Source: an uncultured Candidatus Saccharibacteria bacterium
Lineage (GTDB): Bacteria > Patescibacteriota > Minisyncoccia > Phycocordibacterales > Zambryskibacteraceae
NCBI GenBank assembly: GCA_964357635.1
Contig: CAYHLZ010000003.1
Coordinates: forward strand, 1 to 42,377
Reading direction: 5' to 3'
Length of the DNA: 42,377 nt
Shown here in pieces: positions 18,907-26,004 of this stretch (within the stretch, counting starts at the first letter, position 1; every line of letters begins with the position of its first letter). Below the pieces are notes generated by a model, which made no database searches, was not told the DNA's origin, and worked only from the letters and a program-made list of their open reading frames with translations. The translations under genes and the position numbers were made by a program.

Positions 18907-20117
18907 TACTTTTTAAGTTCTTTCAAAAGACTGGCAAGCGTCATCTCTTTTGACTCTAGAGTAGAGCGGTCTTTGACCTCAAATTTAGAACCAGAAGTTT
19001 TATCGCCAACCATTATTCTTTTAGGAATACCAATTAGGTCAGAATCTGCAAACTTTTCTCCAGCGCGCACATCTCTGTCGTCATAAAGAACCTCAATGCC
19101 TTTTGATATAAGAGATTTATATAATTTGTCTCCTATCTTTCTACCCTTATCTGACAAGCTTAAAAGATGAACCTGAAACGGAGCAATCTCTTTGGGCCAG
19201 ACAATACCCTTATCATCAGAAAGAACCTCAACTACAGTGCCCATAAGACGCCCCAGCCCTATACCATAACTACCCATAAATACGTTGTGTTCTCTACCTT
19301 CTTTGTCTTTAAACTTAAGATATGGTTTGGAAAAATTGGTACCTAATGTAAATATATTGCCCACCTCTATGGCCTTTTTTTCAGTTATACCGTCTGGCGT
19401 CTCTACCTCTTTGTTCACTGCCTCTTTCTTTTTCTCGTCTTTTATAAAAATCTTGTCTTCTCCGGCAGAGGTCAATGTTTGGAATTCGTGAGAAAATTTT
19501 GAGAAACTTCCACCAGAAGCAAGGGTTAGATATGTCATATCACCAATACCAACACGATTGAAAATGTTTCTGTAGGTGTTTTTTACTTTTTCGTAAAACT
19601 TGTTGTGTTCGTCCTCAGTCGAGAAGAAAGAATACAAGTCTTTCATTAAGAATTCCCTAGTTCTCAAGATACCAGATTTTGCTCGCTCTTCGTTTCTAAA
19701 TTTGGTTTGGAACTGATATACAGAAAACGGCAGGTCTTGGTATGAAGAAACAAATTGTTCCAACATGTTGGTAATTGGCTCTTCGTGGGTGGTTGCAAGA
19801 CCTAATTCATTGCCAGATTTTAATTTGGTCTTAAACCAAGGCAACTTATCATCCGCCCATCTGTTTTGTTCTCTTTCCCAGAGCTCACGTCTCTGTAATG
19901 CAGACATAGAAATTTCTTGAGCTCCTAGAGCATTCATCTCCTCTCGGATTATGTCTTCTATCTTTTTTAGAACTCTAAGACCTAGTGGCAGATAATCATA
20001 TATTCCCGCCATTTCTTTATTGATAAAACCTGCCCTTATAAGGAGTTTGGCGTTCTTTGCCTCTTCGTCTTTGGGGGCTTCCCTTCTTGTTTTAGTGAAT
20101 AGGGTGCTCTGTCGCAT
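18906..20117 (-). CDS. proS: Prolyl-tRNA synthetase, bacterial-type N-terminus, no INS editing domain
   Basis: N-terminus MRQSTLFTKTRREAP, motif 2 FRNEERAKSGILRTREFLMKDLYSF, motif 3 GSYGIGLGRLMG and a C-terminal anticodon-binding domain. It is only 403 aa. Confidence 0.85.
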   Translation of the reverse strand: MRQSTLFTKTRREAPKDEEAKNAKLLIRAGFINKEMAGIYDYLPLGLRVLKKIEDIIREEMNALGAQEISMSALQRRELWEREQNRWADDKLPWFKTKLKSGNELGLATTHEEPITNMLEQFVSSYQDLPFSVYQFQTKFRNEERAKSGILRTREFLMKDLYSFFSTEDEHNKFYEKVKNTYRNIFNRVGIGDMTYLTLASGGSFSKFSHEFQTLTSAGEDKIFIKDEKKKEAVNKEVETPDGITEKKAIEVGNIFTLGTNFSKPYLKFKDKEGREHNVFMGSYGIGLGRLMGTVVEVLSDDKGIVWPKEIAPFQVHLLSLSDKGRKIGDKLYKSLISKGIEVLYDDRDVRAGEKFADSDLIGIPKRIMVGDKTSGSKFEVKDRSTLESKEMTLASLLKELKK

Positions 20118-20157
20118 CGCACCATTATAGAGAAATCAAAGCCAAAAACAAAGTGTA

Positions 20158-20174
20158 CCCCGCCTTGGCGGTGG
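20158..20174. repeat. GC-rich hairpin motif CCCCGCCTTGGCGGTGG, copy 1 (intergenic, 3' of rseP)
   Basis: Exact 17-mer shared with 22258-22274. A related copy is at 31256-31272. Confidence 0.6.
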
Positions 20175-20179
20175 CCTCT

Positions 20180-21262
20180 TTAGAGAATATTTTTAACGTC
20201 TTGAACTGTGATAAATATCATTAAAAGAATAAGTAAGGCAAAACCAACTGTGTTTACAACATTGAAAAGTCGCGCTGGAACGGGTTTGCGGGTAAGAGTT
20301 TCTATTCCGACAAAAAGTAGTCGTCCGCCATCAAGTGCTGGAAATGGCAAGAGATTAATAATTGATAGATTGATAGAGATAAGAGCGGTAAAGGTTAGAA
20401 GATAAGCAAAACCAAGTTCTCGGACATCACCCACCATACCAACAATTCCTACTGGACCCGTGACACCAGAGAGATCTGCTTTACCAGTTACCGCTTGAGA
20501 AATAAAATTTATAATTGCTTTGCCGGTTTGCACTGTAAGTTCTCCAGTAGTTTTTAAACCATGCCATATAGCTTTATGGGGCGCTAACTTAACCGTACCA
20601 ATTATGTCCATGGAGATGCCCACTGCAGGTCGGTCACTAATAATCCCTTCTTCTGGTAAAACATTGTTCTTGCTCACTTTTCCACCTCTTTCTATCTCAA
20701 AGATTAGTGGTGTCCCTGCTTTAGCTATAAACTCCGAAACCTCTTCTGGAGAGAGTCCCGAATAAACTCCATCTCTTGAAAGTGAAATGATACTGTCGCC
20801 TGACTTAAGGCCTGCATCTGCCGCTGGAGAGCCCGGCAAAACAGTGGTAATAACAGTATGGGCATCTTCCACGGGTAAAGAAAGGCTTGCAGGTGCAGGA
20901 AGTCCTGTCATAAATCCGAGCGAGAATAGAAGCCAAGCAAATACAAAGTTCCCTACTACTCCAGCCACCAATACAGAAGCCTGAATACCGCGATTTTTAG
21001 AAGCAAAGCTTTCTGGGTCGGCTCTAACTCCTGTCTCTTGGTCAGTGGGATTCTCGCCAAAAATCTTTACAAAGCCGCCAAAAGGAAGCCAGTTTAGAGT
21101 AAAGGGTGTACCCTTCCAGCTAAAGAGTCTTTTGGCGCGAGGAGGAAATCCAAGACCAAACTCATCCACCCTAATACTAAAATATCGGGCAACCAAAAAG
21201 TGTCCAAGTTCATGAACAATGATGAGCGCACTTAAAATTATTAAAAATATAATTATTGACAC
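20180..21262 (-). CDS. rseP: Site-2 (M50) zinc metalloprotease, RseP family
   Basis: HELGHF zinc motif at the N-terminus, an internal PDZ-like segment and a C-terminal NLLPFPALDGG motif. Confidence 0.9.
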   Translation of the reverse strand: MSIIIFLIILSALIIVHELGHFLVARYFSIRVDEFGLGFPPRAKRLFSWKGTPFTLNWLPFGGFVKIFGENPTDQETGVRADPESFASKNRGIQASVLVAGVVGNFVFAWLLFSLGFMTGLPAPASLSLPVEDAHTVITTVLPGSPAADAGLKSGDSIISLSRDGVYSGLSPEEVSEFIAKAGTPLIFEIERGGKVSKNNVLPEEGIISDRPAVGISMDIIGTVKLAPHKAIWHGLKTTGELTVQTGKAIINFISQAVTGKADLSGVTGPVGIVGMVGDVRELGFAYLLTFTALISINLSIINLLPFPALDGGRLLFVGIETLTRKPVPARLFNVVNTVGFALLILLMIFITVQDVKNIL

Positions 21263-21269
21263 GTTGAGT

Positions 21270-21821
21270 TTATTCTAAGATTTCTTTCTCCTTTTTTGAA
21301 GCTGTTTCTTCAAGTTTTGAGTTTGTCTCGTCCACCAGTTTTTGCAGTTCATTCCTTAACCTGAATTTATCGTCTTTGTTTATGGTGCCTTCTTTTTCTT
21401 TTCTATCAAACTCGTTTAAGCACTTCTCGCGCTCCACCCGGGTCTTGATACGCGCTTCCTCTAGTTTTTCTTTCACAACTTTAACGAGAAGAGTGCGACG
21501 CTCGTTTGTCAGATCCGGAAAAGAAACTCTAATACCTGAAGCGTCAAGAGAAACAGAGAGTCCGAGATTTGATTCTCTAATGCTCTTGTCTATATTGGTG
21601 GCAATACTCTTGTCCCAAGGAGTGATTAAGAGAGACTTGGGTCCAGAGTTTAAGATGGACGAGACTTGTTTGATAGGCACCCTAGCACCATAAGACTCCA
21701 CCATAACGCCATCAAGCACTGTCGGACTTGCCTGCCCAGTACTTAGGTTTCCGTACTCCTTTTTGAGCCACGAAAGATTTACATCAGACGCCTGTTTAAA
21801 TCCGCTGAAATCAAATGCCAT
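21270..21821 (-). CDS. frr: Ribosome recycling factor
   Basis: 183 aa with typical RRF length and a charged helical C-terminus (ERRTLLVKVVKEKLEEARIKTRVER). Confidence 0.9.
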   Translation of the reverse strand: MAFDFSGFKQASDVNLSWLKKEYGNLSTGQASPTVLDGVMVESYGARVPIKQVSSILNSGPKSLLITPWDKSIATNIDKSIRESNLGLSVSLDASGIRVSFPDLTNERRTLLVKVVKEKLEEARIKTRVEREKCLNEFDRKEKEGTINKDDKFRLRNELQKLVDETNSKLEETASKKEKEILE

Positions 21822-21828
21822 GAGACGA

Positions 21829-22467
21829 TTATAACACTAAAGCCAAGTGCTCTAGGACTAAACGTGAGCCAATACCAGATTCTAGAATTTCGCGTCTCAA
21901 TTTATAAACTTTTTCTACAGATTTTTCTTTGCCACTCTCGCCTCTTAGGAAAATAAGTAGGTTATCAAGAAAAGCGGACAAATTTTCTTTTTTGTCGGCA
22001 AAACATTCGGCAAAGAGAAGTCGTTCCTTGAGAGATGCCTTGAAGAACTCTTCCGCCAAAGCATCGGTTGCAAACATCTTAGAGATACGAGTCGTCTGCA
22101 TGCGAGAGCGTAGGGTGGGCAGGAGAAGTCCTTCTTCCCTTAGAACAAGGAAAAAATATGTGTCGGGAGTCGGATCTTCAAAAGTTTTTAGCAGAGCATT
22201 TTGTGCTTCTGGCGTGAGCTTGGTAGGTAGAATCAGAAAAATTTTTCTTCCAGCTTGCCCCGCCTTGGCGGTGGTAACTGGCTTCCTTAGGGAAAGTAGT
22301 CTTAATTCTCTTGCTTCATCTACGCCAAAAGTTTCTGTCCTAAAAACAGTAAAATCTGGATTATTCTTCGGCTCAATACCAAGATTACTACAGAGCGAGC
22401 GTAGATATGATTCCCCTTCTTCTGGTGTACCTATGAGAAGATTAGAGTGATGAAGGTTTCTTAACAT
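21829..22467 (-). CDS. holB: DNA polymerase III delta'-like clamp-loader subunit (short)
   Basis: Contains ...KIFLILPTKLTPEAQNALLKTFEDPTPDTYFFLV, the sensor region typical of delta'/tau-family AAA+ proteins. There is no Walker A, and it is only 212 aa. Confidence 0.5.
   Translation of the reverse strand: MLRNLHHSNLLIGTPEEGESYLRSLCSNLGIEPKNNPDFTVFRTETFGVDEARELRLLSLRKPVTTAKAGQAGRKIFLILPTKLTPEAQNALLKTFEDPTPDTYFFLVLREEGLLLPTLRSRMQTTRISKMFATDALAEEFFKASLKERLLFAECFADKKENLSAFLDNLLIFLRGESGKEKSVEKVYKLRREILESGIGSRLVLEHLALVL
22258..22274. repeat. GC-rich hairpin motif CCCCGCCTTGGCGGTGG, copy 2 (inside the holB-like CDS)
   Basis: Exact 17-mer copy of 20158-20174. It encodes TTAKAGQAG in frame. Its 5' flank AGCTTG is shared with the 31256 copy. 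Confidence 0.6.
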
Positions 22468-22909
22468 CTAGAAGTTCTACCTCAAAGATAAGAGTTGAGT
22501 CCGGCGGAATAGGTCCTGAACCTTGTGGACCATAAGCATAATCTGGAGCAATCACGAGAAGGCGCTTGCCTCCTACCTTCATGCCTAAAAGACCTTCGTC
22601 CCAACCACGGATAACTCCTCCGACACCGATAGTAAAGGTGAATGGTGTGTTTCTATCAAGAGAGCTGTCAAAGACTCTGCCATCTTGGAAAGTGCCGACA
22701 TAGTGGACGGTGACATTGTCACCTTTTCCAACTTCAAGGCCTTGTCCCACGACAACATCTTCCGATACGAAACCTGTTTGTGGTGTAGAGTTCAAATTAT
22801 TATTTTTTGGATTAAAGAAGTCCATTAAAGAATTTCCGAACAAGATGTATCCCAAAAACCCAAGACCCGCAAACACTGCAATCCACTGATTCCTGCTAAG
22901 ATTTTTCAT
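22442..22909 (-). CDS. FKBP-type peptidyl-prolyl cis-trans isomerase with N-terminal membrane anchor
   Basis: FKBP core GVGGVIRGWDEGLLGMKVGGKRLLVIAPDYAYG. Start placed at ATG 22909 (MKNLSRNQWIAVFAGL); the ORF extends to 23065. Confidence 0.9.
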   Translation of the reverse strand: MKNLSRNQWIAVFAGLGFLGYILFGNSLMDFFNPKNNNLNSTPQTGFVSEDVVVGQGLEVGKGDNVTVHYVGTFQDGRVFDSSLDRNTPFTFTIGVGGVIRGWDEGLLGMKVGGKRLLVIAPDYAYGPQGSGPIPPDSTLIFEVELLDVKKPSSL

Positions 22910-22958
22910 ATTTTTTATATACTTTATGCCAGTATTGTCTATATGATATGATAGCCAG

Positions 22959-23663
22959 ATGAAAGAATCAACTAAAAATATCCTGACACTGAGCCGAGAG
23001 CAAATGCACCTTCTCGCCCAGAAGCGAGTTACAGAAATCTCAAAAGAATTTACCGATGGATTCAAATTCTTGGAAAATTACCCCAAGTCAATCACCTTTT
23101 TTGGTGGAAACCAGTTTAGAGAAGATAGTCCCTACTATCAAAGCGCCCGTACCCTTGCCTCGCGCCTAGTCAAAGAGCTCGGGTTTTCGGTAATCTCCGG
23201 CGGGGGCCCTGGCATTATGGAAGCTGCCAACCGAGGAGCCTTTGAAGCGGGTGGAAGCTCACTTGGACTTCTGATAAAACTTCCTTTCGGACAGGTGACA
23301 AATAAATACATTACGGAAGAATTTTCTGCATACTACTTTTTTATACGAAAAGTTTGTCTCTCATTCTCGGCAGAGGCATTTATCTTCTTCCCTGGTGGCT
23401 TTGGTACTCTTGATGAATTTTTTGAAATCTTGACCCTAACACAGACCAAGAAAGTTGCCGGAGTTCCTATAATCTGTGTCGGTTCTGACTACTGGAACAA
23501 GTTGAAAGAGTTTATGAAAAAAGAGCTTATGAGCCGTGGCACTATTGGTGAAGAGGAGCTTGATCTATTCCACATCATTGACGACCATGACGAAATTATT
23601 AAAGTCATTAAGAATGTAAATATCCAGATTGGTGTACCTCTGCCAGAACAAGGTTTAGGATAA
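22959..23663 (+). CDS. LOG-family (TIGR00730-type) nucleotide phosphoribohydrolase
   Basis: GGGPGIMEAANRGA and PGGFGTLDE motifs. Confidence 0.8.
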   Translation: MKESTKNILTLSREQMHLLAQKRVTEISKEFTDGFKFLENYPKSITFFGGNQFREDSPYYQSARTLASRLVKELGFSVISGGGPGIMEAANRGAFEAGGSSLGLLIKLPFGQVTNKYITEEFSAYYFFIRKVCLSFSAEAFIFFPGGFGTLDEFFEILTLTQTKKVAGVPIICVGSDYWNKLKEFMKKELMSRGTIGEEELDLFHIIDDHDEIIKVIKNVNIQIGVPLPEQGLG

Positions 23664-23668
23664 ATCAA

Positions 23669-23992
23669 ATGAGTCTCAGTCAAAAACATTGCAAACCTTG
23701 TGAAGAGGGTGCTAAACCGCTCTCACGAGGAGAGGCCAATAAACTCGGAGAAGAAATTGGTCTCTGGCATATAGAAAATAATTCAAAGCTTGAAAGAATA
23801 TTTACCTTCAAAGACTTTAAAGAAGCACTTGAGTTTGTAAACAAAGTTGGAGAAATTGCCGAAAGAGAAGGGCATCACCCAAACATAACTCTTTTTGATT
23901 ATAAAAAAGTAAAGCTTGAACTCTACACGCATTCTATCGGCGGACTCTCCGAAAACGACTTCATCCTCGCCTCTCATATAAATAATATTTAG
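23669..23992 (+). CDS. Pterin-4a-carbinolamine dehydratase (PCD/DCoH family)
   Basis: 107 aa with the EGHHPNITLFDYKKVKLELYTHSIGGLSENDF core typical of PCD. Confidence 0.85.
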   Translation: MSLSQKHCKPCEEGAKPLSRGEANKLGEEIGLWHIENNSKLERIFTFKDFKEALEFVNKVGEIAEREGHHPNITLFDYKKVKLELYTHSIGGLSENDFILASHINNI

Positions 23993-24000
23993 TAGAAATG

Positions 24001-24028
24001 AAAAGACCAGCATCCGTAGATGCTGGTC
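24001..24028 (-). terminator. Rho-independent terminator at the left edge of the 24.0-27.3 kb island
   Basis: Perfect 10-bp stem GACCAGCATC / GATGCTGGTC with a CGTA loop, followed by TTTT on the minus strand. It may also stop the plus-strand PCD transcript. Confidence 0.7.
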
Positions 24029-24048
24029 CAGTGTTGACCCGTGGAGGA

Positions 24049-24567
24049 TCAGAATGGGTACTGCGCCCTCATCGTCGGACGAGGGTGTCGATAGAGCGGC
24101 TTGCGGTCACTCTTGTGGTTGATATTGGTGACGTTGAGTCCGCGAGACTTCTTGAGATGTGCGATGATCTCGTTCATTACCGCATGGTCTTTCTCCCAGC
24201 AGTCGACGAGACTCGGGCAGATGCCCACGAACGAGATCAGGGGAAACTTCAAAGTCGGGAAGTCGCGAGTCCACATGAGTGAAAACTCGCCAACCCACGA
24301 AGGAACTTCGCTGTCCCCTTGTTGGTATTCGAACCATAGGCGTCCTTTGAGTCCGGTACACTCCGAGTCAAAAAAGACGACCATCCCCGCTACTGGCTTC
24401 TCGATTTGAACGTCTCCCTTCAACCTCTTGTAAAGGCTTTCAGGCGACTTCAGGTTCCAGACACTGCAGTGCTTGTGCCTGGTTATCGAGGTGATTCCAT
24501 AGCTTCTGGGGCTTTCGAACCCATGGTCACCATGGAGTGTGAGTAATACCAGAGCGTTATTCTTCAT
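24049..24567 (-). CDS. Hypothetical protein (172 aa, no recognisable family)
   Basis: It is the longest frame in a stretch at about 50% GC. It has its own TTGACT-N17-TAAACT promoter, a GAAAGGG ribosome-binding site and a downstream terminator. Start placed at ATG 24567; the track ORF starts at a TTG at 24573. Confidence 0.6.
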   Translation of the reverse strand: MKNNALVLLTLHGDHGFESPRSYGITSITRHKHCSVWNLKSPESLYKRLKGDVQIEKPVAGMVVFFDSECTGLKGRLWFEYQQGDSEVPSWVGEFSLMWTRDFPTLKFPLISFVGICPSLVDCWEKDHAVMNEIIAHLKKSRGLNVTNINHKSDRKPLYRHPRPTMRAQYPF

Positions 24568-24622
24568 AGTCAACCCTTTCTTTGTTTCAAAACCGCCAAA
24601 AACAGCGGGTTAGTCCTTTGCA

Positions 24623-24651
24623 AGTTTACCTCTATCAGAGACAAAAGTCAA
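24623..24651 (-). promoter_or_regulatory. Sigma70-type promoter for the 24049-24567 gene
   Basis: The minus strand reads TTGACT (24646-24651) - N17 - TAAACT (24623-24628). Confidence 0.5.
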
Positions 24652-24681
24652 GTGAGTTTATGGTTAGTTTGGAAGTACCAC

Positions 24682-24710
24682 TTGCATTTTATAAACTCTT
24701 GTTGTATAAT
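24682..24710 (+). promoter_or_regulatory. Sigma70-type promoter for the SPFH-like gene
   Basis: TTGCAT (24682-24687) - N17 - TATAAT (24705-24710), divergent from the promoter at 24623-24651. Confidence 0.6.
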
Positions 24711-24763
24711 CTTGATTAGACAAGGTTTCAGCACCTTACATAGATTACTTCACTTCTTTTAGA

Positions 24764-24775
24764 GCGCCTAGGCGC
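24764..24775. promoter_or_regulatory. Perfect 12-bp palindrome GCGCCTAGGCGC abutting the SD of the SPFH-like gene
   Basis: It lies in the 5' UTR, directly 5' of GAGGAG (24776-24781) and 11 nt before the ATG at 24787. Confidence 0.4.
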
Positions 24776-24786
24776 GAGGAGTTCAC

Positions 24787-25866
24787 ATGTTTATCTTGAT
24801 TGGTTTCCTTCTGGCGACGGTCGTCGTCGTCGGACTGATCTTTTTCCTTCGTTGGTTTGCCGGCAAGGAAAATCCTACCATCATCACTTTTGTGCCTGCG
24901 CAGACACACGCCTTGGTTACGACCAAAGGCGTCTCATCTGACGAGGTTCGAAAAAACCCGAACAAAATAGAAGAACAAGGCAACGTCGTAGATGTTGTCC
25001 ATGCCATTCCGGGTAAGTGGTTCGACAAGTCAGCGAGTAACCCTTTTGACTGGTGTTACAAGAAGGAGGACGACGAACACAAGGAACCCAGAGGCCTCTT
25101 GTATCTTCTCTTTGGTATTGTTGTCGTCGGTTTCTTCCGTTATTTACGCCTCAACTTGGTGCGCACATTCCGATGGGGCAGGAAGAGCGCGGAAGAGAAA
25201 TACCACATGCAGGCCAAGGACTCACTTACCCGTTTCTCGTTCTTCTCTGGACAACATGACGTCCAGCTCCAGGATGTGGAAACATCTGATCTGCTTGGTG
25301 TCAATCTTCGGCTACAACTCCTTTACGAGGAGAAGTATCCCTTTAGGGTGAGACTGAAGACAGCGGATCCGTATGCCGTGATATCGGATAGGGCGTCCAA
25401 GTCTGCCATCGGCCTCATCGGCGCGCATGGTGCGAAGGCTATCGTCCTGGACAAGAAACTCCAAGATGAGCTGGCGCTGAGGGTTAAAGAAGTGATCGGC
25501 AAGGAGGTTGAGGACGATCTTGGCGTTGAGATCACCACAGCGACGCTCGCTGATGTTGATTACAACGAGGAAACGAAAGAGCTCCTCGAAAAGAAAGCCA
25601 AGGCAGAGTTTGAAGCCGAAGCGAACCTCATTACGGCTAAGAACGAGGCGGCACAGGCAATTGAACGCGCTGATGGGCAGATGAAAGCTCAGAAGCTTCT
25701 CAACGAAGGTGCCGCTGATCGAGTCACGACGGTGATCAAGCCGATTGTCGCGATGGGTGAACTTGGTGTAGAGGTACGCAAAGCCGAGGCATACGAAAAC
25801 AATCAGACCATGACGACACTCGTTATCGGCCAAGGCGCTTCGCCTGTAATTCCTATCGGGAAGTAA
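24787..25866 (+). CDS. SPFH/Band-7 (stomatin/prohibitin)-like membrane protein
   Basis: N-terminal TM (FILIGFLLATVVVVGLIFFL), a second hydrophobic segment (LLYLLFGIVVVGFF), an SPFH-like core (...LGVEITTATLADVDYNEE) and an A/E/K-rich coiled coil (KAKAEFEAEANLITAKNEAAQAIERADGQ). GAGGAG ribosome-binding site. Confidence 0.55.
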   Translation: MFILIGFLLATVVVVGLIFFLRWFAGKENPTIITFVPAQTHALVTTKGVSSDEVRKNPNKIEEQGNVVDVVHAIPGKWFDKSASNPFDWCYKKEDDEHKEPRGLLYLLFGIVVVGFFRYLRLNLVRTFRWGRKSAEEKYHMQAKDSLTRFSFFSGQHDVQLQDVETSDLLGVNLRLQLLYEEKYPFRVRLKTADPYAVISDRASKSAIGLIGAHGAKAIVLDKKLQDELALRVKEVIGKEVEDDLGVEITTATLADVDYNEETKELLEKKAKAEFEAEANLITAKNEAAQAIERADGQMKAQKLLNEGAADRVTTVIKPIVAMGELGVEVRKAEAYENNQTMTTLVIGQGASPVIPIGK

Positions 25867-25886
25867 TCGCGCACTATGCGCACACG

Positions 25887-25925
25887 TGCCACCGTTAGCC
25901 TAAAGGCTTTCGGTGGCATTTTTTT
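25887..25925 (+). terminator. Rho-independent terminator after the SPFH-like gene
   Basis: Stem TGCCACCG (25887-25894) pairs with CGGTGGCA (25911-25918), followed by T7. Confidence 0.75.
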
Positions 25926-25927
25926 AT

Positions 25928-25957
25928 TTGACAAATACAACTTAAATATGATATAAT
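25928..25957 (+). promoter_or_regulatory. Consensus sigma70-type promoter for the lytic transglycosylase gene
   Basis: TTGACA (25928-25933) - N18 - TATAAT (25952-25957). A GAGGTG ribosome-binding site lies 4 nt before the ATG at 26005. Confidence 0.6.
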
Positions 25958-26004
25958 GTTAGTAGGCTTAAATTAACGGATTGAACATTCACATGAGGTG
26001 ATTT

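Noticed and set aside
21929-22450. 173-aa plus-strand ORF over the holB-like gene
   Set aside because: It is an antisense shadow ORF with Ser/Arg-rich low complexity. The minus-strand frame has the clamp-loader sensor motif.
22910-23065. 52-codon upstream extension of the FKBP ORF
   Set aside because: It would overlap the divergent LOG gene start. MKNLSRNQWIAVFAGL at ATG 22909 gives a sensible membrane-anchor N-terminus.
24049-24573. The HGDHG motif near the N-terminus of the 172-aa protein as evidence for a metallophosphatase or alkaline-phosphatase-superfamily enzyme
   Set aside because: A single 5-residue resemblance at the wrong position in a small protein is not enough. None of the other family motifs are visible.
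24593-24608. CCGC-N8-GCGG hairpin plus T-run in the 5' UTR of the 172-aa gene as a possible attenuator
   Set aside because: The stem is only 4 bp, which is too weak to call without a folding calculation or conservation data.
25312-25833. 173-aa minus-strand ORF over the SPFH-like gene
   Set aside because: It is an antisense ORF favoured by the higher GC of the island. It has no promoter, ribosome-binding site or motif, and the plus-strand frame has all of these.
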